Positions 18,086-27,239 are shown, counted from the stretch's first letter. The stretch: DNA of 64,000 nt from Planctomycetota bacterium (GCA_029259595.1 JAJDEW010000017.1:1073-65072); one strand, 5' to 3'. Numbers and translations are program-made. The notes: generated by a model from the letters alone, not told the origin.

Positions 18086-18577
18086 ATGGGCTCGCACGAA
18101 CCTCTTCCCCTCGATTCCGACGAGCGCTCGTTTCTGACGGAGGCGATCGCACTCGCGTGCGAGGCCGTCCGTGCCGGAGGCGGCCCCTTCGGGGCACTCG
18201 TCGTCCGAGCCGGTCGCGTGCTTGGACGCGGGTGCAACGCGGTCGTGCCCACGCTCGATCCGAGCGCGCACGCCGAGATCGTGGCGATCCGCGCCGCCTG
18301 CCAGGAGACCAGTAGCCACGCCCTGCCGGGTGCCACGATCTTCAGCTCTTGCGAGCCGTGTCCGATGTGCCTGGCCGCCATCCACTGGGCGCGGATCGAG
18401 CGCGTGGTGTTCGCCGCCTCGCGGCACGACGCCGCCGCGGCCGGCTTCGACGATGCCGCGCTGTATGCCGCCTTCGCCGCTGGAAGTTCGCCGGTGACGC
18501 TCGCCCGCGGCCTCGAGGGCGAGGCCGACGAACCGTTCCGGGTCTGGGCCGCGACCGCGTCCCGGCGGCCCTACTGA
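18086..18577 (+). CDS. CMP/dCMP-deaminase-fold zinc deaminase (guanine deaminase / tRNA adenosine deaminase-like).
   Basis: Zinc-binding motifs HAEIVAIR and CEPCPMC. The ORF track starts at TTG 18056; ATG 18086 (MGSHEPL) is more plausible. Confidence 0.7.
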   Translation: MGSHEPLPLDSDERSFLTEAIALACEAVRAGGGPFGALVVRAGRVLGRGCNAVVPTLDPSAHAEIVAIRAACQETSSHALPGATIFSSCEPCPMCLAAIHWARIERVVFAASRHDAAAAGFDDAALYAAFAAGSSPVTLARGLEGEADEPFRVWAATASRRPY

Positions 18578-18608
18578 AGCACCGCTCCGCCCCGCGGTCG
18601 GCTCCCGT

Positions 18609-19265
18609 TCAGGGACGTTCGGGAGACTTGTCGCGCGGACGGTCGACGCCGAACGACTTCTTGACCGTACGGCTGCCGTCCTTCGACCACAGGGTCCAGG
18701 CCCCGACGCGCGCCCCCTCGGCATAAACCCCTTCGGCTCGGCGCTTGCCGTCGGGGTACCAGATCGTCCAGAAGCCGGCTTCGCGCGCGCGCGTGTAGCT
18801 GCCCTCTTTCTCCTTGTGCCCGTTCGGAAACCAGAGCGTCCACAGGCCTTCCTTCACGCCGGCGATGCCGCTGCCTTCGCCGGCGAGCACACCGTTGTCG
18901 TGCCAGAAGCGCATGAATCCCGGGCGCCCCTTCGCCGCCATCTCGATCTCCGAGTGCAGCTGGCCGTTCGGGTACCAGCTCTTCCACAGACCGCTGGGCA
19001 CGTCGTGCTCGTGGGTGCGCTCGGCCCGCAGGCTTCCGTCCGGATAGCGCAACACCTCCTTGCCGTGCAGCTCGGCCCGCCCGTCGGGGTGGACGAGGAC
19101 CTCGTAGCGGCGCTTCTCGACCTCGCGCCCGGCGTACCACGTGCGACGCGTCTCCGGCTTCGGGCTCGGGGCCACGACCGCTTCGTCACGCGGCTCGTTC
19201 GAGCCGCAGGCGGCACAGACGACAAGGAGAAGAACCGGGGCGAGGGCGGAGAAGGTCAGGCGCAT
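18609..19265 (-). CDS. Secreted/lipoprotein with MORN-variant (YwqK-like) repeats.
   Basis: Signal peptide MRLTFSALAPVLLLVVCAACGS. Repeated G-x-W-x-x-WYPNGQ-type motifs (GLWKSWYPNGQLHSE, GLWTLWFPNGHKEKEG, GFWTIWYPDGKRRAEG, GAWTLWSKDGS). Confidence 0.6.
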   Translation of the reverse strand: MRLTFSALAPVLLLVVCAACGSNEPRDEAVVAPSPKPETRRTWYAGREVEKRRYEVLVHPDGRAELHGKEVLRYPDGSLRAERTHEHDVPSGLWKSWYPNGQLHSEIEMAAKGRPGFMRFWHDNGVLAGEGSGIAGVKEGLWTLWFPNGHKEKEGSYTRAREAGFWTIWYPDGKRRAEGVYAEGARVGAWTLWSKDGSRTVKKSFGVDRPRDKSPERP

Positions 19266-19331
19266 CGACGTCTACGAGAGCGTGTCTCGGGGCGAGTCTA
19301 ACCCGTCGACCGACCTCTGGTTGCGCCGATT

Positions 19332-21770
19332 TCAGCGCAGGAGCAGGGCCCGGAACAGGAGCTGGAAGGCGGCCTGGGACCAGCCGCGGTACTGCGGACG
19401 GAAGCCGAAGAGGTGCACCGCTCCCGCGCCGTGCGAGGCCCGCAGCCAGGCCGACTTCCCGGCGATGACTTCGGGTTGGCGGATCCAACCCGAGGCGAGC
19501 ACACGCGTGGGAGCGTAGTCCAAGAGCGAAACGAACGTGCGCCCGTCTTCCTCGAGCGTCTGCTTGTCCGGTAGCTCCCAAGCGGCCGAACGCGAGAAGA
19601 AGACGGCCAGCGAGTCGGGCAGGCCGGCGGTGAGTTCGTGTGCCGCCGGAACCGTTCGGACCACGCTGCCGGGACAGGAGAAGTCGCCTGCCTCCGGACC
19701 GCGGGTCGTGTCCTCGAGCGGCAGGTCGAAGAGCTCGATCGCCCAGCCCGCCGAACTGCCCGTCGCGACCAGCGTGCCCCCGCCGCGGACGAACTCCTCG
19801 ATCGCAGCCGCGCCTTCCGCATCGAGACCCCCCTCGAAGTCGGGCGGCACCGTGCCCGCCTCGCGCCCGCGCTCGAGCTGGCGTCCGGAGATGCTCGGCA
19901 CGAAGAGCACATCGAGGAAGTCCGCGAGGCGCCCGGCCCGGATCATCTCGTTGCGGACGCTCACGTAGGGCACGCCGAAGGAATCCAGCACGTAGCGGGC
20001 CCAGCCCTCGTCCATGCTCCCGAACCAGGGGGCATAAAGACCGATGCGCGGCAGCTGGGCCAGGTCGCCCTCGGCACTCTCCTCGAACAGACCGGCGTGC
20101 TCGCCTTCGGCGTGGAAGGAGAGCGCCTGGCCCGCGCCGAGACGCTCCCAGACCGCGCGCCAACCGTCGCCGTCGCGCGAGGCGTGGAAACCCGCGGAAG
20201 GACCGTCGGGAAAGCCCGCGAGCGCGTCCACGGCCGAGGTGACGGGACGCAGCGCGACTTCGGGCTCGGTCACGAGCTCGACGCGGTGAACGCCCATCAA
20301 CAGGGGCAGGGTCCAGCCCGCCACGTCGTAGGGCGGATCGCCTTCGGGGTAGCGTTGGACCTCGAAGAGGTCCTTGACGTGCTGACCGTAGGGCTGGGCT
20401 CGAGCGATGACGAGCGAGCCCGCCGGCCAGCGACGGCCGTCCGCTTCGATCTCGGTCGTGGCAGCCTGGAGCTCGACCCCGCCGAGCAGCAACGTATCCG
20501 CCAGCCGACGGACGGCCGCGCGGTCGGGATTGGTGCTCGGGATGATCCAAGCCCGCGGCGTGTCCGAGACGCCCTTCTCGATCGCGCGTTCAGCGGCGCC
20601 GAGCGCGTTCTCCAACCAGAGCCGCGGCTCGCGCACGACACTTCCGAGGAGCGAGCGGGCGAAGGCGTGCTCGTAGTCGATGATGTCGCGCAGACGCCAC
20701 CAACCGCCCGGCCACGGAGCGGGGAAGCGGTTCGACGGGGCGTAGCCCCCCAGGCCGCGCGGTGCGCCCAGCCGATCGAAGGGCAGAAAGACCGGCGTCG
20801 CGATGCGGACCGAGGCCGCTTCCGTGAGCAGTCCGATGATGTTGTGGCGAACGGGCACGTTGCGGTTGCCGCCGTTCCACCACATGTCGTAGGTGACCCC
20901 GGTCGACACCCCCGTCAGGCCCTCGCGCGTCATGTCGAACAGGGCGCGCGTCCCGAGCTGGGCGATCCCACCGATCACGCCAGGGTCCAGGTTCGGGTTC
21001 AACGGGTCGCGGAAGGGCGGAACGAAGAAGCGCTCGTTGTTGGAGCCTTGCTGGTGGACGTCCCAGTAGATCTGGGGGAACCACTCGCCGTAGAGGAGCC
21101 GCGTCACGATGCGGGTTTCGTTCTGGGACAGCATGAACCAGTCCCGGTTGTTGTCGTGCCCGGCGTAGTACTGGTAGAGCTTCAGAAGGCCCGAAGCCTC
21201 GTAGGGCGTCCCCACGGTCTCGCGGTACCACGACACGACGTGGTCGAGGCCATCGGGGTTCAGGCACGGCGCGATCAGCACCACGGCGCGCTCGCGGGCG
21301 CTCTTGTACGGCTCCTCGTTCGACGTCGCCAATCGGTGCGCGAGCTCGAGCCCGAATTGCGGCGCGGCGGTCTCCGTGGAGTGCATCGCGATCGATACGA
21401 AGACGATCGGAAGCGCCTCGGCCAAGAGCGCTTCACGGCTCGGGCCGTCGAGGCCGCGCGGATCGGCCAGGCGGCGAGCGGCGGATCGGATCTCGTCGAG
21501 CCGTGCGAGGTTGGACTCGCTCGACACCGTGGCGAGCAGGAAGTCGCGGCCTTCGGTCGTCTGCCCCACGGTCTCGACCAGGACGCGTGGACTCTCCGCG
21601 GCCAAGGCCTGGAAGTAGCCCGAGACCTCGTCCCAATCCGCCAGCTCGAAGTCGCGCCCGAGCGGTCGGCCCAGGTGAGCCTCGGGAGTGGTGACCGACT
21701 GAGCCGTCGCGGCGGGGAGCGCGCAGCCGAAACCGAGGAGGACGAAGCTCGAAAGGAGGATGGATCGCAT
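19332..21770 (-). CDS. Secreted M14-family zinc carboxypeptidase with a C-terminal DJ-1/class I glutamine-amidotransferase-like domain.
   Basis: Signal peptide. M14-like N-terminal half (HSTE..., HDNNRDW). C-terminal domain FVRGGGTLVATGSSAGWAIELFDLP. Length 812 aa. Confidence 0.65.
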   Translation of the reverse strand: MRSILLSSFVLLGFGCALPAATAQSVTTPEAHLGRPLGRDFELADWDEVSGYFQALAAESPRVLVETVGQTTEGRDFLLATVSSESNLARLDEIRSAARRLADPRGLDGPSREALLAEALPIVFVSIAMHSTETAAPQFGLELAHRLATSNEEPYKSARERAVVLIAPCLNPDGLDHVVSWYRETVGTPYEASGLLKLYQYYAGHDNNRDWFMLSQNETRIVTRLLYGEWFPQIYWDVHQQGSNNERFFVPPFRDPLNPNLDPGVIGGIAQLGTRALFDMTREGLTGVSTGVTYDMWWNGGNRNVPVRHNIIGLLTEAASVRIATPVFLPFDRLGAPRGLGGYAPSNRFPAPWPGGWWRLRDIIDYEHAFARSLLGSVVREPRLWLENALGAAERAIEKGVSDTPRAWIIPSTNPDRAAVRRLADTLLLGGVELQAATTEIEADGRRWPAGSLVIARAQPYGQHVKDLFEVQRYPEGDPPYDVAGWTLPLLMGVHRVELVTEPEVALRPVTSAVDALAGFPDGPSAGFHASRDGDGWRAVWERLGAGQALSFHAEGEHAGLFEESAEGDLAQLPRIGLYAPWFGSMDEGWARYVLDSFGVPYVSVRNEMIRAGRLADFLDVLFVPSISGRQLERGREAGTVPPDFEGGLDAEGAAAIEEFVRGGGTLVATGSSAGWAIELFDLPLEDTTRGPEAGDFSCPGSVVRTVPAAHELTAGLPDSLAVFFSRSAAWELPDKQTLEEDGRTFVSLLDYAPTRVLASGWIRQPEVIAGKSAWLRASHGAGAVHLFGFRPQYRGWSQAAFQLLFRALLLR

Positions 21771-22008
21771 CCGCGGATGCTAGCGGGAGGCGGTCCGAAC
21801 CGTCCACTCGCGTTGATCGAAGGGCAGCGGAGCCGAGGTCGCACATACGGATCACCCACCAGGAAAACTGGACCCGCATACGCTTCCTCGACTCCGCAGC
21901 ACTCCGAGGAGAGTGCGGCGTTCGAGAACTCCGCTTTCGTCTCGTGCCCCACCGATGCGGCTCGTTCCCGAGCGGGTTGCGGAAAGCTCGAAAATCTCGA
22001 CGCTCGCT

Positions 22009-23553
22009 TCAGCGTGCCGCGAAGCGTTCGCGTAGGAGACGCTTGGCGATCTTGCCGGAGCCCGTCTTCGGCAGTTCTTCGAGCCAGTGGATGCGACGGG
22101 GCAGCTTGAAGGCGGCGAGCCGCGCACGGCAGAAGGCCAGGAGCCCTTCCTCCGCGAGCGCGGCGCCGGGACGGCGGACGACGGCGGCGGCGACGATTTC
22201 ACCCCACTCGTCGTCGGGGAGCCCGAAAACCGCTGCCTCCTGGAGGTCGGGGTGCGCGTCGAGCACGTGCTCGACCTCCGTCGAGTAGACGTTTTCCCCG
22301 CCGGTCACGATCATGTCCTTCTTGCGGTCGACGATGTTCACGTACCCCTCGGCGTCGATCACCGCGAGGTCGCCCGTGTAGAGCCAACCGCCGCGGATCG
22401 CCTCGGCCGTCGCCTCCGGAGCTCGCCAGTAGCCGGGCGTCACGGTCCGTCCCCGGACGCGGATCTCCCCCACGGTGGCGTCGTCGGCCGGAACGCGCCG
22501 GTCCCGCTCGTCGACGATTTCGAGCTCGACGCCGGTGAAGGCGCGCCCGGTGCGCGCCTGGATCCGGAGCCGCTCGTCGGCGGGCAAGTCCGCCAAATGC
22601 TCGTGCAGCAGACCGAGCGTCAGGTAGGGACTCGTCTCCGTCATTCCGTACGTTTGGACGTACTCGCAGCCGAAGGTCGTGAGGATCTCGCGAACGAGCG
22701 TCGGCGAGATCGGAGCGCCGCCGGAGAGCAGGAGTCGCAGGCTACGATGATCCGCCCGCTGCGTCCGCTCGTCGCGGACCAGGCGGTTCAACATCGTCGG
22801 GACGAGGTTCGTCACGGTCATCCGCCCGACCTCGATACAGCGCAGCACCGCCTCGACGTCGAAGCGCGGAACGAAGAGGTGGGTACCGCCCACCGCGGTG
22901 ATCGCGAGCGTCGCCCAGGCGTCGGCCAGGTGGAACATCGGCGCGATGTGCCCCCAGCGATCCCGCTCGGAGAGCGAGAGCTCGCGGCAGGCGGTCAGCG
23001 CGTGCACGAGGACGTTCTCGTGGGTCAGCATGACCCCCTTGGGCCGCCCGCTCGTCCCGCTCGTGTAGTACAGCTGGGCAACGTCGCTCGCTGGCCCGGG
23101 GACCGGCTCGAGCGCGGGCCCGCTCGGATCCAGGTCGAGGGCGTGGATCCGGAGCGCGGGGACGCGCGTGCGAACCTCGTCGGCGAGTCCCGCGCAGGCT
23201 TCGTCATGGACGAGGGCGGCGGGCTCGGCGGAGGCAGCGATCGCGGCGAGCTCGTCCGGCGCGAGCCGGGTGTTCCACGGCACGAGGATCAAGCCCGCCT
23301 CGGAGGCCGCGAAGGTCGTGACCAGAGCGAGGGGTCCGTTGTCCGCGAGCAAGGCCAGTCGCTCACCGGGCCTGCAGCCCGCACGTCGCAGCGAACTGGA
23401 CGCGCTGCGCACGCGCTGCGCGAGCTCCCTCCAGGTCCACGACGTGTCCCCGAACGAGCACGCCTGGGCCCCCGGCGACCGCTTCCAGGTCCGGGACAGA
23501 AGGTCGTGAAGGCGACCGGGCGGCGAGCTTCCTGGGAACCGAACCCCTTGCAT
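22009..23553 (-). CDS. AMP-dependent synthetase/ligase (acyl-CoA synthetase family).
   Basis: AMP-binding motif LYYTSGTSGRPKGVMLTHEN, then TYGMTETS, then GWLYTGDLAVIDAEGYVNIVDRKKDMIVTGGENVYSTEVE. Confidence 0.8.
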   Translation of the reverse strand: MQGVRFPGSSPPGRLHDLLSRTWKRSPGAQACSFGDTSWTWRELAQRVRSASSSLRRAGCRPGERLALLADNGPLALVTTFAASEAGLILVPWNTRLAPDELAAIAASAEPAALVHDEACAGLADEVRTRVPALRIHALDLDPSGPALEPVPGPASDVAQLYYTSGTSGRPKGVMLTHENVLVHALTACRELSLSERDRWGHIAPMFHLADAWATLAITAVGGTHLFVPRFDVEAVLRCIEVGRMTVTNLVPTMLNRLVRDERTQRADHRSLRLLLSGGAPISPTLVREILTTFGCEYVQTYGMTETSPYLTLGLLHEHLADLPADERLRIQARTGRAFTGVELEIVDERDRRVPADDATVGEIRVRGRTVTPGYWRAPEATAEAIRGGWLYTGDLAVIDAEGYVNIVDRKKDMIVTGGENVYSTEVEHVLDAHPDLQEAAVFGLPDDEWGEIVAAAVVRRPGAALAEEGLLAFCRARLAAFKLPRRIHWLEELPKTGSGKIAKRLLRERFAAR

Positions 23554-23637
23554 GGCAAGGAGTTCTACGACCTTGAGGGAAAAAGTCCTACAGGGAGCTG
23601 GGCCCGCTGACGAAGGGGCCAGCGGAGGGTCGGGAGC

Positions 23638-24417
23638 TTGCCGACCCGATCGCTAGTCCGCGAAGCCCCCTCTTCGTTGCTCGATCTCATGAACGACAGC
23701 TCGCCGCCGGCGTCCCGGCTCGTGTCGGAATCCGTTCTTGCTCCGAACGCCTTGCCCTCCCGTACCGCGCGCTCGCAGCACGCGTCGACCTTGTCCTCCC
23801 GACCCCGCCGGACCTGCCCGCTGATTCGAGTCGCAGAAGAGCACCGCCTCGGCCTGGTCATCGACAGCGTCTTGATCGTGAGCGCCGACGCCGCCTTCGC
23901 GGACCGTTTCCACGACGAGCTCTCCCCCACCTTCGCATCGACCAGGGCCGGCTCCCTGCGAGAAGCGCTCGAACGGCTGGACCTGACGCGACCGCAGGCC
24001 ATCGTGCTCGACACCCCGCTCGCCGATGCGACGGGTCTGAAGGCCTACTTCTTCATCAGCCAGCACACGCAGGAGGCATGCGTCCTGGCGCTGACACGCG
24101 AACGCGACCATCTCCAGGCGCGGTGCCTCGTCACCGCGGGAGCCGCCGCCGTCCGCTCGCGCGAGAGCGTCTTCAGCACCGACGTCCGGATCGTCGTCCG
24201 CGACGCGATCGCGACCGCTGCGCGACGCCGATCACTCGCGGGCAACGCCACGATCGCGGCCCAGGCCGAGCGAGTCTCCATGTGTGCGGTGTGCCGCAAG
24301 ACGCGCGACCACGAGACGTACTGGAACCGCCTCGAGGCGCTCGCAACGGACGACGGACGCCAGCCCGTTTCTGCCGCGATCTGTCCGGCCTGCGCGCGTC
24401 AGCTCTACGGCCACTAG
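23638..24417 (+). CDS. Hypothetical protein with a degenerate CheY-like receiver domain and a C-terminal CxxC...CxxC zinc ribbon. The start is uncertain and could be ATG ~23689.
   Basis: Receiver-like segments VLIVSAD and AIVLDTPLADATGL. C-terminal CAVCRK...CPACARQLYGH. Its TAG stop (24415-17) lies in a CTAG-rich junction immediately before repeat copy C. Confidence 0.45.
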   Translation: MPTRSLVREAPSSLLDLMNDSSPPASRLVSESVLAPNALPSRTARSQHASTLSSRPRRTCPLIRVAEEHRLGLVIDSVLIVSADAAFADRFHDELSPTFASTRAGSLREALERLDLTRPQAIVLDTPLADATGLKAYFFISQHTQEACVLALTRERDHLQARCLVTAGAAAVRSRESVFSTDVRIVVRDAIATAARRRSLAGNATIAAQAERVSMCAVCRKTRDHETYWNRLEALATDDGRQPVSAAICPACARQLYGH

Positions 24418-24426
24418 CTACTAGCT

Positions 24427-24593
24427 CTAGCAGTCCGATGGCAGAGTGCTTCGGATGCGATGTTCGTGACCGGGAGGCCCGGCGGGTGCGCGAGAACGCA
24501 GGCGAATCGGTAGATTCGGCGAGGCTCTCGTGTGCCGGCCGGACTTTCCGGACGCGTGCAGCGCGTCGGAGGACTTCTTCCAAGGGCTGCTAG
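24427..24593. repeat. Copy C of the novel ~165-bp repeat element. It is the first of a head-to-tail tandem pair.
   Basis: About 90% identical to copy D across the core. It carries GTGCTTCGGATGC, the GACCGGGAGGCCCGGC hairpin, GAACGCAGGCGAATCGGTAGATTCGGCGAGGCT, and ends GGGCTGCTAG. Confidence 0.85.
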
Positions 24594-24757
24594 CAGCCTG
24601 ATGGAAAAGTGCTTCGGATGCGATGCATGTGACCGGGAGGCCCGGCGGGTGCGCGAGAACGCAGGCGAATCGGTAGATTCGGCGAGGCTCTCGTGTGCCG
24701 GCCGGACTTTCCGGACGCGTGCAGCGCGCCGGATGACTTTTTCATCAGGCTGCTAGG
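24590..24757. repeat. Copy D of the novel repeat element. It shares the CTAG (24590-93) with the end of copy C, and its right terminal CTAG contains the stop codon of the methyltransferase gene.
   Basis: 5' end CTAGCAGCCTGATGGAAAAG is almost perfectly complementary to 3' end CTTTTTCATCAGGCTGCTAG. GCTGCTAGCAGC at the C/D junction is a perfect 12-bp palindrome. Confidence 0.85.
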
Positions 24758-25340
24758 ACTTGCGGCGGTCGAAGACCGCCCAGCGCTCTTGCCACTCGCG
24801 ATCGGTAACCGGGTAGTCGACCGGGCGATCCGCGCAGATGCGGAAGGTGTTCCCGAGCGCACGCTGCTGATCGTCGGCGGTGATGCCCCAGGGAGGTCCG
24901 CCCAGCTCGAGCGGACGGTCGACCGGGAAGACGAGGCAGAAGAGCCGCCCGTTCGAGGCCAGGTTGCGGTCGATCATCTTGCCCCAGTCGGGCCGCTGCG
25001 CGGGATCGATCGCACAGAAGAAGGTGTGATCGAAGATCGCCTGGAAGGACTCCTTGCCCTGGTGCTTCAGCGCGTCGGTCGCGAGGAATTCGCCACCCAG
25101 CTCCTTCAGCGGGGTCAGGATCTCGTCGGAGAGGTCGACCTGATCGATGGCCGTGACGCTCCAGCCGAAGCTGGCCAGGGCCAAGGCGTCGTAGCCACGT
25201 CCGCAGCCGGGGACATAGGCCCGCCCCGGACGCCCGAAATCGCCAGCACGCAAGCGTGCGACCAACTCAGGATGAGCGCGACCCAGGTCCCAGGGCGTGT
25301 CACCACTCTGGTAGCGCGATTCCCAGTCCATGGGGAGCAT
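24753..25340 (-). CDS. SAM-dependent methyltransferase, thiopurine S-methyltransferase-like.
   Basis: ORF track gives 24753..25493. The likely start is ATG 25340 (MLPMDWESRYQSGDTPWDLG). SAM-binding motif VPGCGRGYDALALASFGWSVTAIDQ. Confidence 0.65.
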   Translation of the reverse strand: MLPMDWESRYQSGDTPWDLGRAHPELVARLRAGDFGRPGRAYVPGCGRGYDALALASFGWSVTAIDQVDLSDEILTPLKELGGEFLATDALKHQGKESFQAIFDHTFFCAIDPAQRPDWGKMIDRNLASNGRLFCLVFPVDRPLELGGPPWGITADDQQRALGNTFRICADRPVDYPVTDREWQERWAVFDRRKS

Positions 25341-25519
25341 CGAATGAGGGAAGACGCTCGCCGCGAGAGACAAGGGAGCGCGGAGGTCATGGCAACCATT
25401 CGACTCGCCGATTGCAAGCGCACCGCGTATTCTTCCCGACCTCCCGCGAGGTTCCGGGGGCCTCGCGACATGGGGTCCAGGGACTTCAGACACCGCTCCC
25501 GCCGACCGCCACGCCCGCG

Positions 25520-26437
25520 ATGGACCGAACGAACGAGCCGCCTCCCCCCCGTCCCTTGGCCGCCGGAATCGTGCGTTTGGTCGGGCTCTGGCTCGTCGTA
25601 GGCGCAGCCTTCAAGCTGTTCGCGGGAACGCCGAACGACCTGCCGCCCGTCGTCAAGGACTTCGGGAGCACGCTGTCGCTCTCGATCGGAACGACCTACC
25701 GAATCGCCATCGCCGCCGAGCTCGTCCTCTTCGCACTGGCCCTCGTCCGCCCGCGGCTGGCCTGGCTGCCGCTCGCGGGGGTCCTGGTTCTGTTCGACGC
25801 CATCCTGGTCACCCAGCTGGGCAGCGACAACTGCGGCTGCTTCGGCTCGAAGATCTCGATGCCGCCGTGGCTGATGATGGCGATCGACTCGGTTCTCCTG
25901 CTCGCGTTGCTCGCGACGCGGCCCTGGCGAATCCCGCGTGGCGGCTTGCCCCTGATCGCGTTGCCGGTCCTGACGCTTTGCGGCCTGGTCCTGCCCTGGA
26001 TGCTGGATCGCGAGGCACGTTCGCCGGTACCGGGCGACGAAGGCTCGACCGAAGCTGCCGGAGGGCTCCGCTCGTACGAAGTGCTCGCGATCGACGAGTG
26101 GGTCGGCCAGGACCTCGGCGAGACGCCGCTGGCCAAGTACATGGACGTGTATTCCTACTATCCCGACGCGCTCTGGGTCCTGTGGCGCAGCACCTGCGAC
26201 CATTGCGCGGAGCATCTGGCCGAGCTGGCCCAATCCGAATCGGGTGAGCGCTTCCTCGTGCTCCTGCGCCTCCACGAGCCCCATGACACCGAAGCCAACC
26301 GGGCGGTGTACCTGTTGCCCGAGGGAGCCTTCGTCCAGCACGCGGACCTGCCCGACACCCGCGACTGGGTCATTCAGACGCCGAGCGAGCTCGAGGTCGA
26401 GGGCTTCCAGGTGATTCGCGCGCAAGAAGGCCTCTGA
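25520..26437 (+). CDS. MauE/DoxX-like membrane domain fused to a C-terminal thioredoxin-like CxxC domain.
   Basis: Likely start ATG 25520 (MDRTNEPP); the upstream part of the 393-aa ORF overlaps the methyltransferase. MauE-type motif SDNCGCFGSKI, 4-5 TM helices, and C-terminal WRSTCDHCAEHL. Confidence 0.55.
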   Translation: MDRTNEPPPPRPLAAGIVRLVGLWLVVGAAFKLFAGTPNDLPPVVKDFGSTLSLSIGTTYRIAIAAELVLFALALVRPRLAWLPLAGVLVLFDAILVTQLGSDNCGCFGSKISMPPWLMMAIDSVLLLALLATRPWRIPRGGLPLIALPVLTLCGLVLPWMLDREARSPVPGDEGSTEAAGGLRSYEVLAIDEWVGQDLGETPLAKYMDVYSYYPDALWVLWRSTCDHCAEHLAELAQSESGERFLVLLRLHEPHDTEANRAVYLLPEGAFVQHADLPDTRDWVIQTPSELEVEGFQVIRAQEGL

Positions 26438-26444
26438 GCGCGGC

Positions 26445-27239
26445 GTGCGCCTGGCCGTCCTCTATTCGCTCGCTCCGGCCCTGCTCTGGCTGTTCGTCCG
26501 CATCGCCCTGCCTGGAGGTTCGGCCGCCGCCGCCCTGCGCTCGAGTGCCGGGCGCCTCTTCGGGACACGCGGCGGACGTCGCATCGCGCTGGTCTTCGCC
26601 CTCGTCCTGGTCGGGAACGCACTCGAGTGTCGGATCGACCCCGGCCTCTCGAGAGTCCTGGGCGTCGACTTCACGCCCCTCGTCCACGGGCTCGAAGGCG
26701 ATCGGGTCGCGCGCTTGCAGCGCCTCGTGTGCGGCACGCTCGGCACCGAAACCTGCGCGACCGTGGCGACGCTGATCTACGTTCCGGGGTTCGTCGCTAC
26801 GCTCGCCCTGCCCCTCGTGGTCTGGGGTGCGCGTCACGAGGACGAGGCCGTCGCGGAGGGGGTGCGCGCGATCGCCTGGAACTACGTCCTGGCCCTCCCC
26901 TTCTACCTGGCGATTCCCGTGCGCGAGGTCGCCTGGAGCGGACTCTCGCAGGCCGTGCCCTTGCTCGAGGACTTTTGGCTGGGGCTGACGAGCGAGCTGC
27001 GTGCCGGCAGTGCCCTGGACAACTGCTTGCCGAGCCTGCACACGTCGCTCGCCGCCAGCCTGTGCTTCGTTTCCCTCCGCAGAGGGCCTCAGGCGCTCAC
27101 CCGACTCCTCGTCACCGCCACGACGGCCATCGTCGCCGCGACGCTCGTCCTCGGAATCCATTGGTTGACGGACATCGCCATCGCCCTGCCCTTCGCCGTA
27201 CTCTGCGCCCGGCTGTCCCGGCAGAACTCCCGTCGATAG
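26445..27239 (+). CDS. PAP2-superfamily phosphatase (phosphatidic acid phosphatase type 2-like), integral membrane.
   Basis: GTG start. PAP2 signature residues PSLHTSLA and HWLTDIAIA, and multiple TM helices. Confidence 0.6.
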   Translation: MRLAVLYSLAPALLWLFVRIALPGGSAAAALRSSAGRLFGTRGGRRIALVFALVLVGNALECRIDPGLSRVLGVDFTPLVHGLEGDRVARLQRLVCGTLGTETCATVATLIYVPGFVATLALPLVVWGARHEDEAVAEGVRAIAWNYVLALPFYLAIPVREVAWSGLSQAVPLLEDFWLGLTSELRAGSALDNCLPSLHTSLAASLCFVSLRRGPQALTRLLVTATTAIVAATLVLGIHWLTDIAIALPFAVLCARLSRQNSRR

